Source: Octopus bimaculoides
Taxonomy: Eukaryota
Direction: 5' to 3'
DNA: 64,000 nucleotides
Assembly (NCBI RefSeq): GCF_001194135.2
Contig: NC_068993.1
Coordinates: forward strand, 21,597,043 to 21,661,042
Position 1 is the first letter of the stretch. Each line of letters begins with the position of its first letter. The translations under genes were made by a program, and so were the position numbers. Shown here piece by piece: positions 50,989 through 64,000 of the stretch. The notes beneath the pieces are model-generated. The model was not told the origin of the DNA. It did not search any database and saw only the letters and a program-made list of their open reading frames with translations.

Positions 50989-51871
50989 NNNNNNNNNNNN
51001 NNNNNNNNNNNNNNNNNNNNNNNNNNNNNNNNNNNNNNNNNNNNNNNNNNNNNNNNNNNNNNNNNNNNNNNNNNNNNNNNNNNNNNNNNNNNNNNNNNNN
51101 NNNNNNNNNNNNNNNNNNNNNNNNNNNNNNNNNNNNNNNNNNNNNNNNNNNNNNNNNNNNNNNNNNNNNNNNNNNNNNNNNNNNNNNNNNNNNNNNNNNN
51201 NNNNNNNNNNNNNNNNNNNNNNNNNNNNNNNNNNNNNNNNNNNNNNNNNNNNNNNNNNNNNNNNNNNNNNNNNNNNNNNNNNNNNNNNNNNNNNNNNNNN
51301 NNNNNNNNNNNNNNNNNNNNNNNNNNNNNNNNNNNNNNNNNNNNNNNNNNNNNNNNNNNNNNNNNNNNNNNNNNNNNNNNNNNNNNNNNNNNNNNNNNNN
51401 NNNNNNNNNNNNNNNNNNNNNNNNNNNNNNNNNNNNNNNNNNNNNNNNNNNNNNNNNNNNNNNNNNNNNNNNNNNNNNNNNNNNNNNNNNNNNNNNNNNN
51501 NNNNNNNNNNNNNNNNNNNNNNNNNNNNNNNNNNNNNNNNNNNNNNNNNNNNNNNNNNNNNNNNNNNNNNNNNNNNNNNNNNNNNNNNNNNNNNNNNNNN
51601 NNNNNNNNNNNNNNNNNNNNNNNNNNNNNNNNNNNNNNNNNNNNNNNNNNNNNNNNNNNNNNNNNNNNNNNNNNNNNNNNNNNNNNNNNNNNNNNNNNNN
51701 NNNNNNNNNNNNNNNNNNNNNNNNNNNNNNNNNNNNNNNNNNNNNNNNNNNNNNNNNNNNNNNNNNNNNNNNNNNNNNNNNNNNNNNNNNNNNNNNNNNN
51801 NNNNNNNNNNNNNNNNNNNNNNNNNNNNNNNNNNNNNNNNNNNNNNNNNNNNNNNNNNNNNNNNNNNNNNN

Positions 51872-52165
51872 TTTAGTTTGGATTTCATTTGTTTTATAGC
51901 TTTTGTTGTTTCTTCTTCTTCTTCGTATTTATTAGGCAGTATGATTTCTTGTTTGTATTTGTCAGCCTCCTTAAATACAGAAAACAGTTTATGGTTTTGT
52001 TCGTATTTTGTGGCTATTTGTATTAGTTTTCCTTGCCTCTGAAGTAGGTATTTTTGCAGTTCTATGGTGGTTATTTTATAATAGTTTTCCAGCTGTATAA
52101 GGCCTCTTCCACCTTCTATATGTTGTATACATAGCCTTTCTATGTCAGATTTTGGGTGGTGCATC
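51872..52165 (-). mobile_element. R4/Dong-type LINE post-RT fragment
   Basis: MHHPKSDIERL..EGGRGLIQLENYYKITTI.L..YL. Confidence 0.85.
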
Positions 52166-52202
52166 TTAGATTATTATTATTATTATTATCATTATTATTA
52201 TT

Positions 52203-52237
<35 letters not shown>

Positions 52238-52244
52238 TATTGTC

Positions 52245-52500
52245 CTAGTGCATGTTAATATAGGTAGCAGGTCTTTTATATTGATCCGAGAACAAGTCTC
52301 CTCAAATCTGAAGTGTTTCTTAGGATTCTCGAAGAATGTAGGATATGTTTCCAGTCTCTTTCAGTCTTTTAGGCAGTATTTTGGATGTTGTGCTAAGCAC
52401 ATCAATTACTACAGGAATAATTGTCGTCCTGATCTTCCACAGTGTGACCAGCCCAGCTCTCTGTCTAGATCCTGATGCTTCTCAATTTGTTTCCATGACT
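52245..52500 (-). mobile_element. R4/Dong-type LINE 3' end
   Basis: Homologous to 35400-35650 (ctcctcaaatct..ag...ccagtctctttcagtct...tagatcctgat..ttctcaattt); flows into (TGA/TAA)n. Confidence 0.7.
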
Positions 52501-52573
52501 TTTTTGTTGTTGTTGTTGCTGTTGTTTTTATTCTTCTTCTTATTGTTATCATTATTATTATTATTATTAATGT

Positions 52574-52642
52574 AGCGACCTGGCAGAGTTGTTAGGATGC
52601 CGGGAAAAATGCTTAGCAGCATTCCGTCCGTCTTTAGGTCTA
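52574..52642 (+). mobile_element. SINE family B head
   Basis: gcgacctggcagagttgttaggatgccgggaaaaatgcttagcagcatt. Confidence 0.7.
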
Positions 52643-55600
52643 TCAAAAGAGCTGAGTACTTTATGCAACTGTGCTCCCCTGCACAGTTTACAAGAAAATG
52701 CAAATTCCCTGGAGATCTTCTAACAACATAATTTTATATTTCTTGATTCCTTTTCGTATTTCCAATTAATTTTATGGACCCAACTGGAAAATGGAGAGCT
52801 CTCACAACTCTCTGGTACGTATTTTTTTAATCCTTCAGACATTCAGACATGGGTTTTCTTGTGTGAGTTTTTACTTATTACAAAATAATTTGGAATCTCA
52901 CAAGAGCAAAATTTTAACACATACTATTTCTAGATATATTTTAGCTATTTTCTACTGGTCAAATGCATTTTATCGGTCAATTTTGGATTAGCCTTCAAAG
53001 AATTATTATAAGATCACTATTATAGATGTGTTTATTTCTTCTTCAGTTTGTATTCTATTTTTAGGTACTGATGTTAAATATCTGTTTTTTGTTCTACTAG
53101 TATCAACTCAAATTTTGAAGGGGTCAAATATTGTGCAATAAATAGAGACATATTATTATATTGTGGACCAGATCAGTCTAATAAACATGCGAGCATTAAA
53201 CAATATCTTTACCGAGAAATTATACCAGTTCATTATATCTAATTCTTTTATTCTGTATCAATACTAGCGGTCGCTAATCTCCTTATTCTATGTAGACTAC
53301 TATGTTGTCATGTAGGACGTAATTTTAGAAAGGAAAACAATCTATCTAAGTACTCGCTTAAACAATATTTACGACTTAACCATTTTCATTAGAATATTTC
53401 AGTCTCTAAATTCTCTAAATTTCCCATCAAGTGAAGTATCATCTTTAGTTATTTCTTTTATGAACAAGCAAGTTCTACAGCGTCAGTTTCTGTAATTAGA
53501 TAACCTCAGCTGCTGATGAATATCGAGTTGCTAAGAGACAAAACAAATTGCTTTTTCCCATTGGCCTTTCCAATTGATTTTTGGGGGTCTTCTCAATATT
53601 AACCATTTTCAAGGAATAAAATGCCATACTGACCTTCAACAATAATCAATGGTCCATAGAACCATTACTCGTCTCATGTGGTAATGGGGTAGATTAGAGG
53701 GAAAATGTTGGGCATCAGAATTAGCAACACAACTGAGCTTCAGTGAAAAAGTTTATTTCACTTTTGTTTTTAGTAATAGAAAGCTGTAAATGAAACCGAT
53801 ACATATTTGCAAATTTTAAATATATTTGGAGACTTTATTTAGATGGTGCAATTTTAAGTCCTGTTCTCACCGTCAAATAATGACAACATTATTTAATCTC
53901 TCATTTTTGCCCATAGGATTTATATAAGAAAAGATGTTATCAGCACATCAAAAATATTAAAAAACACATTAATATATCGGTAGCAAAAGAAAGCGGTAAT
54001 TGAAAAGTTACTGATGCTGCAATTGCGTCTATTACGTATACATTCTCAAGCCGAATACTGCGGACCGCAGTCTGCGGTTAAACAGGCTTTCGAAAAGTAT
54101 AGTATACAGAGAAACACACAAACACACAGACGCAGACAGACAGACACACACGCACACACACACGCACACACACACACACTAACACATATTATATATGTAT
54201 GTATATACATGCAGGCATATATACGTTTATATCAAACTCTCATATATATATACAGAAGAACTGAAGTTAATGTTACATTCAAAATAAATCGGACCTAGTA
54301 GCATTTTATACATAGAAGTGTCTGTTGTCTATTATCTGTAACAAAACATCTTCATCGTAATTAAATATTATAGATTCACAATAAATACCAAAAGAAAAAT
54401 ACAGAGAATAGAAAATAATGTACATTCTATCACCGCACATGAGGCTCAGATCTGACTTACAAAACACATAAAACACGAAAAAATATTGTTGCTATGCAAC
54501 AGTTAACTTTGAATACGTTCGTTTTCTAATAGAATTGGCTTAAACGCCTTTGGTCGTAGACAAATTCGGTTGCAGCTGACCTCGACTCAAACTTTATAAA
54601 TACAGATACTTATACAAGCATACATAGATGCTTACATACATACATACAGACAGACAGATAGACAGACAGGCACACACACACACACACACGTACACAGAAA
54701 CGCATATGTATATATATATATTTATAAGATCACTGTAATAGATATATCTGCAGTGAGTTAAGTAAGCAACTTCACCGCTACAAACTTCAAGTATGAAGTA
54801 ACTTGTGACACTAATAAAAAGAAAATCTAAAGAGGACAGAGATCACGATGCACTACTGTATTTTGCTGCAAATATAAGACTAAATTTCTCGAAGATTCTA
54901 CTTTTAAACATCACTGCTACACTACTAATCTACACAAATCAACGAGAGAAAGAAAGTCCATGATGTCACATGACATGCTAGAAGTAGTAACCAAATCTAC
55001 TTGAATTCGTATATTAAAAGATACGAAGACATTAGCTAATATGTTATGTATCTCTAAAATGACAGAAAAATCCAGGTTCCACATATTTTATCATGTGTTT
55101 GCCCGATTAGGTGTGAGGCCCCCTAATGCTCAGCTACTACACTACAGTGGAAGTACTTTATAGAAATAAATATTCGGCAGCAATATATTGTACATACTAT
55201 ACTGTGACGAAGCAAATGCTAGAGGACATTTGAACTCTATAATATAACGGCTCAAAATTAAAAGAACCTACATGACTTATAGGGTGTTCTAGTGATCCTG
55301 TTTCTGTCCAGCATTAAATTAATTAAACTACATGTATAACTGGCGTACAAAGAAATACTGAGACCATTTAAAATCTAATTCTGTATATTACTTTCGTTCA
55401 TCTTTTATAAAGATTTATTCATTCATCGAAAATGCATAGCGTTTACAGATACAAAAGGAAGAAGTTAGATAGAAAGTAGAAAATAAATAAGATAAAATTT
55501 AGTTTAAGTTTAAGGAAAACGATATATATGCTACTTGGCCAAAAATCGCTCTGAAGTAGTTCTTGTGCTAGGACGAACGCCTAGCGAGGTTTTGTGGGTG

Positions 55601-56661
55601 TTCGTAAATTTCCATGGAAAACTTTATCAAAAACCATTTTTCAATGCTATGGTCCATCTCCTCTCAGATCAGTACATCTCCAATGTATTCTGCATTAAAT
55701 AACTAAGAAACAAATTTCATTTACGTTGTTTTTCGCTTTCTGACTAAAGAGTAAGAAGTGTGACTCTTTCTGCAGAAAAATATTCCTAACGTGGGGCTAC
55801 TCTTTTTGAGTTATATTTGGAGAAAAGAAGGCTCCAAAGATTTCCCTTATGTTTAATTTCGAAGTTTCTGGTTATTACTTCGCTTGGAGAAATGCGTGTG
55901 CATGATTGCTGCCGCTTTATATTACTCAAAATAATGTTATTTAATGACAGATAAATTGTATTCGTTTCTCCTGAAATAGACATGCTGTACAAAGAAAATT
56001 AATTATTTATTTTCTTCTCTCTCTAAAGCAAATAATATTGAATGTTCCTGGGATAAAAGTTTCGATTGTGTATAGGAGTAAAAACTTTGAAAATTTAATT
56101 ACTTTTCATTCAAAGTGGCTGATATCACTTGAAAAAGTTAAATTCGCTATTATCTATTTAGAAGGTCTGTTTAATGAGCACTTATTCTCACTAACACAAA
56201 ACATTTTTGTGTGACACTCATTCATTGACTCACTAGGAATTTGCAAGGAGTAAATTGAAAACACTACTCCACACACTTCGTAACACAAAGAAAATGATGT
56301 TAGAGGATGATATTTACGCAATCTAAAAAAATTCTTCAAAAAACTAGATTGGTAATTAAAGCCATCGCATTACCAAATTAACACATCGCAAATGACATTA
56401 AAAACCAAACCTAAAGGTCAAATAATTGACAGAGACAAAGGTAGTATCACATGACTGCTGTTGTAGAAGATTAACGGTTAAAAATCCCTTTGCCGCAAAA
56501 GACTACATTAATTGAACCTGTGTATAAAGAAAAACACAGACGTGAAAGTCTGGAAACGTCACAGTTTAGGAAGTATATTTTTCTAAACTAACTGCGAAAG
56601 ATTAATAAGATGATATACATGCACATGTGTTCATGTTTGTATATAGATGTATAAATACAAT

Positions 56662-56709
<48 letters not shown>

Positions 56710-58933
56710 CAGGCACATACACAGATAGGTAAATAGACAGATAGATAAATAGATAAATAGATAGATATATTAATGTATAATAAATGTCAAAGATAGGCCA
56801 CATTTGTATAAATCCCTCCCTAACATCGGCCATCATGCAATCTTGCTAGTTGAAACTTTTCATTCTAACATAGCACATATGAGAGTTCTCTTCGTATCAC
56901 TCCGTAAAATCAGCGGGGAAGTGAAGTGGCTCAGTTCCTCAGGGAATGAAGCATTGTTTTTTGTAATAAACTCCTCTGTTTACTTTCACCATTATCATAT
57001 ACATTGTTTTTTTCATTTTCCCGATATTTATTTCTAATCTGTTAGCATTTTACTCCACGTTATATATCCTCACTATTTTCGCAGGATGAGCTCAGTGAAA
57101 TATTGATCGGACGATCTTGTTGGCCATAAGTTGGAAGAAGGGAAACCTCAACTCTTGAGAATTCTATCCTTTTTGCTCCAGCAATCTGTCGTGCCGAGAG
57201 TAAGAAGATACCATGCTGACTGCAATATGAGTTACAACAAGTAGTGCTGTAGCAGTAACACATGTTTTGGTCTTCTACTCTCTTATTTGCGTCTGAGAAT
57301 CTTATTCTTGTTTCTGCTTCTGCTGTTGCTTGCTACAAAACTTCGTCATTTCCGGCTTTTCGCATTCTAGGCTGTCGGTCTTCATTTTGTTTGCACAGAA
57401 ACACTCGAGCTAGTTCTATCTTTCGAAGCACACCCTAGATCTACCTAACGTACACTCTGCTTCTACAGCTGATTGTGGCTATGCCATAACATCGTTATCA
57501 AGAATCATCAGGATCTAGATAACTATAAGGGCGTAAGTGACTACATAATACTGCATATCCTCTATGCACCCGTCACCTGCAAGTATTGCAAATATAACGA
57601 GAAACTTACGTGTACCGCAATATTTCTGTCCGTGATTCTTGTATTTCTCATGGCTGTGTACTGCTGTACGATCCTCTGGGAAATCGTGTAATGAACGATC
57701 ACGTCCTGGCCTCCACGGGTTTCAAACTCTGTTTTCAAAACACAGGCACTCTTCCATAAAACATACCCGCATCGGGTGGATAAAATATTTGAGCAAAGCA
57801 ACTCTTTTCTCCTCATCGCATCTCTTCCAGACATTTTATATTGCTTGTAATTGTCTCAGCTCTATTACATCCCTACGAGAAAATGGTTGGTGCATTTCTG
57901 TAAATTTTTGTGTTCTCCTTAGTGCTTATTCTGTTTTTGTCGTTCAAGTTGATATTTTCACTACCTAACTGCATTTGTAATTGTCTCAAAAAAATATGTT
58001 CGAAAACAAGGAGTGATGATGTACCTGTTTTTGCCATTCTTATTATCTGCCTTTATATTTAAAACGATTTGTAACAGATTCAAAATTATTTATTAATGAT
58101 TTCTCCATGCTCTCATAGGTTTAATGGTGGACAAATGAAATCCAGATAACGATACCAAAGCGATTTATTAAATTATCAGCATAGTACATCTTGTAATCAC
58201 ACCGAACATGTGAAACACTAACACCACCAAAGCAAACAAAAAAGAAGACACAAATGACATTCCCTACATTCTACATTCAAATAGAGGCGGTAACTATAGT
58301 AATACCATAAATAACAAGCGATCATAAACATATAAAAAATAAACAAAACAGCGTAGATGTGACATACAAACACGATACTACAGCGCTAAATGTAAATGCT
58401 GCATACAGCTCGGGAGCATGATGGCAAAAAAAATTGGTGTAGTAGAAATTTGCACGAATTATATAAGCAAAAAATTATCTACAACAGCGAGAGAAATATT
58501 AATAATGGGCAATAGATATATTTCTTTTGGTGTATCCAAGAAAATTAATTGAAAATATCCTTCAGTAATTTATTCCTAAAGATTAAAGTACTGCATGAAA
58601 CAGATTGAAAAATTAACAGGTACTATTTCAGCATATTAAGAAGTGCTGGATATTTGATAAGACATTCTGAAATAGGGAAGGCAAAGTATCTCTTCTAGTT
58701 GACGGCTGAGGAAATGAAGCTTCACGAAAATGCGTTCCAGTTGAGTGGAAATCAGAAAATATATGTTAAACGAGATCTGAGAGAACTTTTATCTTTGGGA
58801 TAATCGGTTCATTATTAGGAAAAAATGCTGAACAGAAATTATACGAATAGAAATAATTTAGGCGATAGGTAGGTTCATAAGCTAAAGAATATACACACAC
58901 ACACAATTACATGCGCACACACAGCTATTTAGT

Positions 58934-58976
<43 letters not shown>

Positions 58977-59280
58977 TGACATACACACGCACAAAAACAC
59001 ACACACACACGTACATATACTAAACAATGAGAGAGACACAGATATATTGAGAAACAGAATTGCATATATGGTGGAACAGATATAAATGTATATGTACGCA
59101 ATTTACGCGTCTACTTGTTAAACACACAAGCACACATCGCTCTCTCTCTCCCTCTCTTACTCTCTGTATATAAACATATATACATTTATATAATCCATAT
59201 ATACATATACACGCATACATACATACATACATACATACACACAAACACACATATATGTATGTGTGTGTGTNNNNNNNNNN

Positions 59281-59343
<63 letters not shown>

Positions 59344-59663
59344 GGGGAGAGTGAGATGGATACATAGACAGATATATAGCATACATAATGGTGTATAGGT
59401 AAGTATATTGTTATGTCGTACATTGAGCTACACACAAAGCAAACTCAAACATACACACACGCCCATGCACATACAATCTAAACAACAGTAGTGTATAAAC
59501 GAGCAGAGAACCTCCATGTTGTTTACGCAACAAGTATAATTGCTTGAAGACAATTCCTGTTATTTTCAACATCACAATATTTTTCTCTTTGTTACGATAT
59601 TGTGTGAATAGTAATCCTTCACGCACATCCATTGTATTATCCTTTCCTAGGAATTTACACACG

Positions 59664-59715
<52 letters not shown>

Positions 59716-59879
59716 TATGTATATACACATATACATATAAATATATACATACATATATGCATGCACACACACATATATACACATCGACCTAACAAACTAC
59801 ACCTCTACCAGATAACCCCTAATCCTATATACACCACAACCCATCAAAACACACACCAACATGCGCATCCATAACCCTT

Positions 59880-60135
59880 CTTTACCCAGGTAACACCCCT
59901 AATCGGATTAAACGAACTATAACTCGAGACGTCATATGGTTCCACCACCTCGTGTTGCTCTTAACGTCCAGATTCGAGTACCCAAACTCTCCTTCACTTT
60001 ACTCGAAAAGTATTTCACTAAATCTAACCCCCTTAGAAAAATATCTAACTCCCAATCTATAAAATTATCCTATTCCACCACCGCCAGCATTCCCGGAGTT
60101 ATCCGACATCTTAACATAAAATTCCAAAATCAACT
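59880..60135 (+). mobile_element. Penelope-like element fragment of a third lineage (Naiad-like motifs)
   Basis: RDVIWF.PP..LNV..RVPKL.FTLLEKYFTKSNPLRKI.NSQSIKLSYS resembles the WFNPP...KHF...L.KIFN...K.SYS linker of PLEs. Confidence 0.65.
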
Positions 60136-60264
60136 AATGAGTAACCCCCACGCTAGTAAATTAATTCAGCATAACCCCCAACTCTATACATAGTGATCCC
60201 CATAACAAAACAACCCTTATAACTAGAACATAATATTTGAAAGGCAGCTCCTTGAGCAACACTT

Positions 60265-60660
60265 TTTGTCTGATAACCTAGAATACATGCCTAAAGAAGA
60301 CGCTCGACCCTACCACAAGGTATCATTAGATGAAAGGATGAGCCTGTACGAGCAGAAGACTATGCATGGATATGCTAGTAGAAAGCTCCGTGATGATGGT
60401 AACATCGATCATCAAAGCAGTTTATCATGGACCAATAACCGGATTACTACCTCTCACTTTGAAAGAGATGCGTTTGAAATCCAAGAACAGGAAATATCAA
60501 CCAAGTACCTGAGGGACAAAATGGATAGAGATGCGGGAGAAGTCGTAAAATGTGACAACCGATGCAGAATACTGGTGGAATGCACCAGTGAAAGCCTCAA
60601 TAAAATTTAAGTACAACAGACCTGATATAATGATTTTGGTACAGAGGAAAAACTTCGCAA
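60265..60660 (+). mobile_element. R4-type LINE fragment with internal deletion
   Basis: YEQKTMHGY...SLSWT...TSHFE..AFEIQEQEISTKYL...CDNRCR joined to WWNAPVK...KYNRPDIMIL. Confidence 0.75.
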
Positions 60661-60694
60661 AGCTGATGCAGCCCGAAGTTTTGTCAGTGAACAG

Positions 60695-60732
<38 letters not shown>

Positions 60733-61666
60733 TTCACACACACACACACACACACATTCATTGCTTTTCATTTGTGTGTTTGTGTATCTATGTGTGTGCG
60801 TGGCTGTGTGTGTATGTGTGTGTGTCACTGTTGAATTTGTGTTTGGAAACTGAATAAGGTGCAAGTTTCGAGTATTTGTCGGTAAATTTTTTTTTTCCTC
60901 GTCTTTTGATAGTAATTATCCAACTTTCTAGACTCTTCTCACAGCTATCTCGCGTTCCAAAATTATACGGGTATTTAAAAAAATTTCATTCATTAGATAA
61001 TGATTTTACATTATGCATACATTAATAGTGAATTCAAACTTAGAAGAGAAAGTGAGAGATTTTGCAAATGAAAATGGAACACACCGCAGTGAATACAATG
61101 AATATCTAAATTTGTGATGAATTGGACGCAGTGAATAATTAAAGTTGAGTTTAAAAAGTTGGAGTCAAAAACATTCAATAAAATCAAGAGATCAAAATTA
61201 TAGGAAATTTCTTAGATTATGAATTTATAAAAATATTTCCAGACAGTCAACCCTTTAATGATTGCTTTCTTTTAGTACTTTTCGTAATTGTTACATATGT
61301 AATTGATAAGAAGCTTTCTCTATTATAGTATAGATGACATCTCAAAACTCAATAGTTGCGTATATCATTATCTAATACAGTAATATTGATGATATCGAAT
61401 TCATATGAAACATTTGAAAGCTGATGTAATAAAAAATTGTTACTTCCATGTTTGTTCAACTAAAGGTTACAAACCTCATTAGGATGTAACAAAATGCAAT
61501 GAAAATACAGGTTAGTTACCTATTCAAAAAGTGTTGAATATTCGAGTTAATATTCAGCTGTAAGTTAACTAGACAAACCGTGGTTTATATATATCTTAAG
61601 AAGGTAAGAAAATAGAGAGATAATTAATAATTATTTAGTAATCAAAAAATTAGATATCATCTCTGA

Positions 61667-61749
61667 CTCTGACAGCTGTTTCGATTCCAGAAATTTAGAA
61701 ATGAATTGCCGTAATTAAAACAATTTAAAAGTCGAATCTCATCAGAGCT
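61667..61749 (-). ncRNA. Type I hammerhead ribozyme-like motif with intact core
   Basis: Minus strand gcU-CUGAUGA-GAUUC(~50 nt)GAAUC-GAAA-CAGCUG-UC^AG; canonical GUC triplet and G10.1-C11.1 pair; stem I only 2 bp. Confidence 0.6.
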
Positions 61750-62519
61750 GGCTAAGGATATACAATTAGGTGTTCATATTCCTGCTTATTGAGTAAACGG
61801 CCCCAAACCGTTAATTAAGACATTTTATATATGAAGAACATAGTATAAAGCTCACAAAGAATAGGAAGGTAGTATATTTATAGGGGTTAAAAGTAAAAAT
61901 AGAACAATATATCATTCGAGTGTGTTAAATAAAAGAAAATGTGAGAGTATGTACATGAGTATAATTTCAATATATTACAACGTATTATGCAACAATACTA
62001 CTACTATAGATAAGTAGTGTGTAAATTAATATTAGTAAACTAATTAGAAAGTGTATTAAATAGAAATTGAAAATTCGAAAAACAACAATAAAATATAAAT
62101 TAAGTTTAAAATACGGGGGGAAATCCATAAAATAGCTTACAATTTTGAGTGTGTATACAATCAAAATAATGACAATAGTTAAAGCTGCATCCTTTTGGGT
62201 GTATTATAATAAATATACAGTGTGTGTGTATGTGTTGTGTGTGTGAGTGTGTGTGTATGTGTGTGTGTATGTGTGTGTGCGTGTGTGTGTGTGTGTGTAC
62301 AAAGATTTCGCGAGAGTACATAAAATTCATGTTCTGTATACATGAGATTTGCAAAATACTGAATTTGTTTTACTCACGCATTAGTAAATTTATACGCAAT
62401 AAAATCTTAAATGAATGGTAAACTCTTGTAAAATTCCAAGGCACAAAGTAACGTAAATTCCGTAACAATTTTAGCCCTTGACATCTCTTTTTAATTCAGC
62501 TTCTAAATATCAATAACTA

Positions 62520-62790
62520 CAGAGGAATAATGAAGATGATGATGATGATGATGATGAGAGAAGGAGAAAAAAGATAATGGTGAAGAAGATGAAAAGGAAG
62601 GAGTAGGCGGAGGAGGTGGAGGAGGAGTGGAGGAGGAGAGAAAGAGTAAGAAAAAGAAGAGAAAGAAGAAAATGAAGGAAAAAGAAAAAAATATGATGAT
62701 GATAATGCTGATGATGGGAAAGAACAACAACAAAACAACAACAACAGCAAAATAAATAAGAATAGAAAAGTTGAAGAGTAATTATTCATA
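62520..62790. repeat. Purine-rich low-complexity compound repeat (GAT/GGA/GAA/CAA)
   Basis: Direct reading. Confidence 0.85.
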
Positions 62791-63184
62791 TACCTTCGTA
62801 TAATGACACATACAATAGAAGTTCATTGTATACATGTGACTGTCATAACATTTCCAAAGACATTTCCAAGAATAACATCATTTCACTTGATATCAGACTC
62901 AGATTCGGTTAGATTTACTGCCACTCCAAGATATCCTCATTTCACATCATATAATTTTAATAGTTAGGAATCTTAATTTATCAGACAGCTAAGACGAACA
63001 TTGCGGCTGAAACGGTGATAACTGAATATCGTGTCCGCTTAAATCATACAGCTGAATAGTTTTGTGTAATATGTATTACTGCATATCTTCAAAGTAAGCA
63101 TGAATATTAGGCAAACACTGGAATATTTCATTATAAATGTATATCTCTGATTAACGGAGCAACAGACCTTGACAATATTTGATG

Positions 63185-63300
63185 TCATAACGGAGTGGTT
63201 AAAATGTTCGCTTCATAACCGAGACACTCTGAGTTCGATGGTATGGCATGGAAATTTTAGAACGTATTTCACCCAGTGTTGTGAGCGAATTTGGATAGAC
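63185..63300 (+). mobile_element. Decayed SINE head (family A-like)
   Basis: ggagtggttaaaatgttcgcttc...gagttcgat (A/B-box remnants). Confidence 0.4.
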
Positions 63301-63911
63301 AAACACCGTGTGCAACTGTTAATCTAATGCCCTTTCTTGTTCAGTCGAATTACACTCATTCTGCATAAGATATTAAGTTAACGTTACACGTCTTTGCGGA
63401 ATGGGCCTTATTGAATATGGTGGCAAATATATTATTTTCGTATAGAAAGAAGAGAATGAAGACAAAATCTGAATTAAAGGAATGCAAGAATTAATTGAAA
63501 GATGAGAAAAGATAAAGATCTCTATCAGCACGTAGCACAATGATGCGATTACATAGAAAGCTACACATTCAACATATGAGAGATAGGTGGTTGTCGGTTG
63601 ACATGTATCTCTGGTACTTTCACGCATCAGAATCTCGATCTCCGAAGTATCTCAAGCGGTTTTCTGGTAGATTCATCGCAGAAGTTAGAGTGATAAAATA
63701 AAAACATGGCTGGAGAATCGCACCTGATACTAAAAATTGGGAGCTGTTGACTCAGCTAAGCAAATCTCGTAATACTATATGCGTGCAATGGTACCCTTTG
63801 CTCATCACATGATTATCATGTTTTCCTGTCTCCCACACACCAGCCAGAGTTGGTCATGTGATTTGCAGTCTCTGAAGAATCAACATGTATGCCGCCAGGG
63901 ACAGTTGACGT

Positions 63912-63916
<5 letters not shown>

Positions 63917-64000
<84 letters not shown>
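63917..64000. repeat. (CT)n(AT)n microsatellite
   Basis: Direct reading. Confidence 0.95.

Noticed and set aside
57590-57640. HGQKYCGTR resembling Kolobok HVQKRMGTR
   Set aside because: The expected upstream GDGDS motif is absent and GDG occurs on the wrong side.
58697-58805. LTAEEMKLHENAFQL...RELLSLG resembling an EF-hand helix
   Set aside because: The calcium-binding loop residues are missing, the frame ends in a stop and there is no donor site.

Overview
AT-rich, repeat-dominated animal genomic DNA, almost certainly intronic or intergenic. The SINE families, dense microsatellites and transposon mix look like an octopus genome (inference, not verified). There is no complete intact protein-coding gene, rRNA, true tRNA or CRISPR array, and most ORF-track entries are microsatellite or N-gap artefacts. 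Recognisable content: (i) at least three tRNA-derived SINE families in about 17 copies; (ii) three lineages of Penelope-like elements (PLE), one with a terminal repeat carrying a tRNA-like A/B-box head directly upstream of a minimal type I hammerhead ribozyme; (iii) several further hammerhead-like motifs, one with an intact core; (iv) fragments of R4/Dong-type, HERO-type and RTE non-LTR retrotransposons; (v) Tc1 (DD34E), maT (DD37D) and mariner DNA transposon remnants; (vi) several foldback structures, notably ~700-bp inverted arms around the Tc1, a spacer-less ~350-bp palindrome near the left end and a ~630-bp palindrome within a possible Helitron-derived composite; (vii) a few low-confidence candidate exons of a + strand host gene, one with an Ig-domain-like C...W signature, plus a candidate recursive splice site. 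All family assignments come from motifs read by eye; no searches were run.
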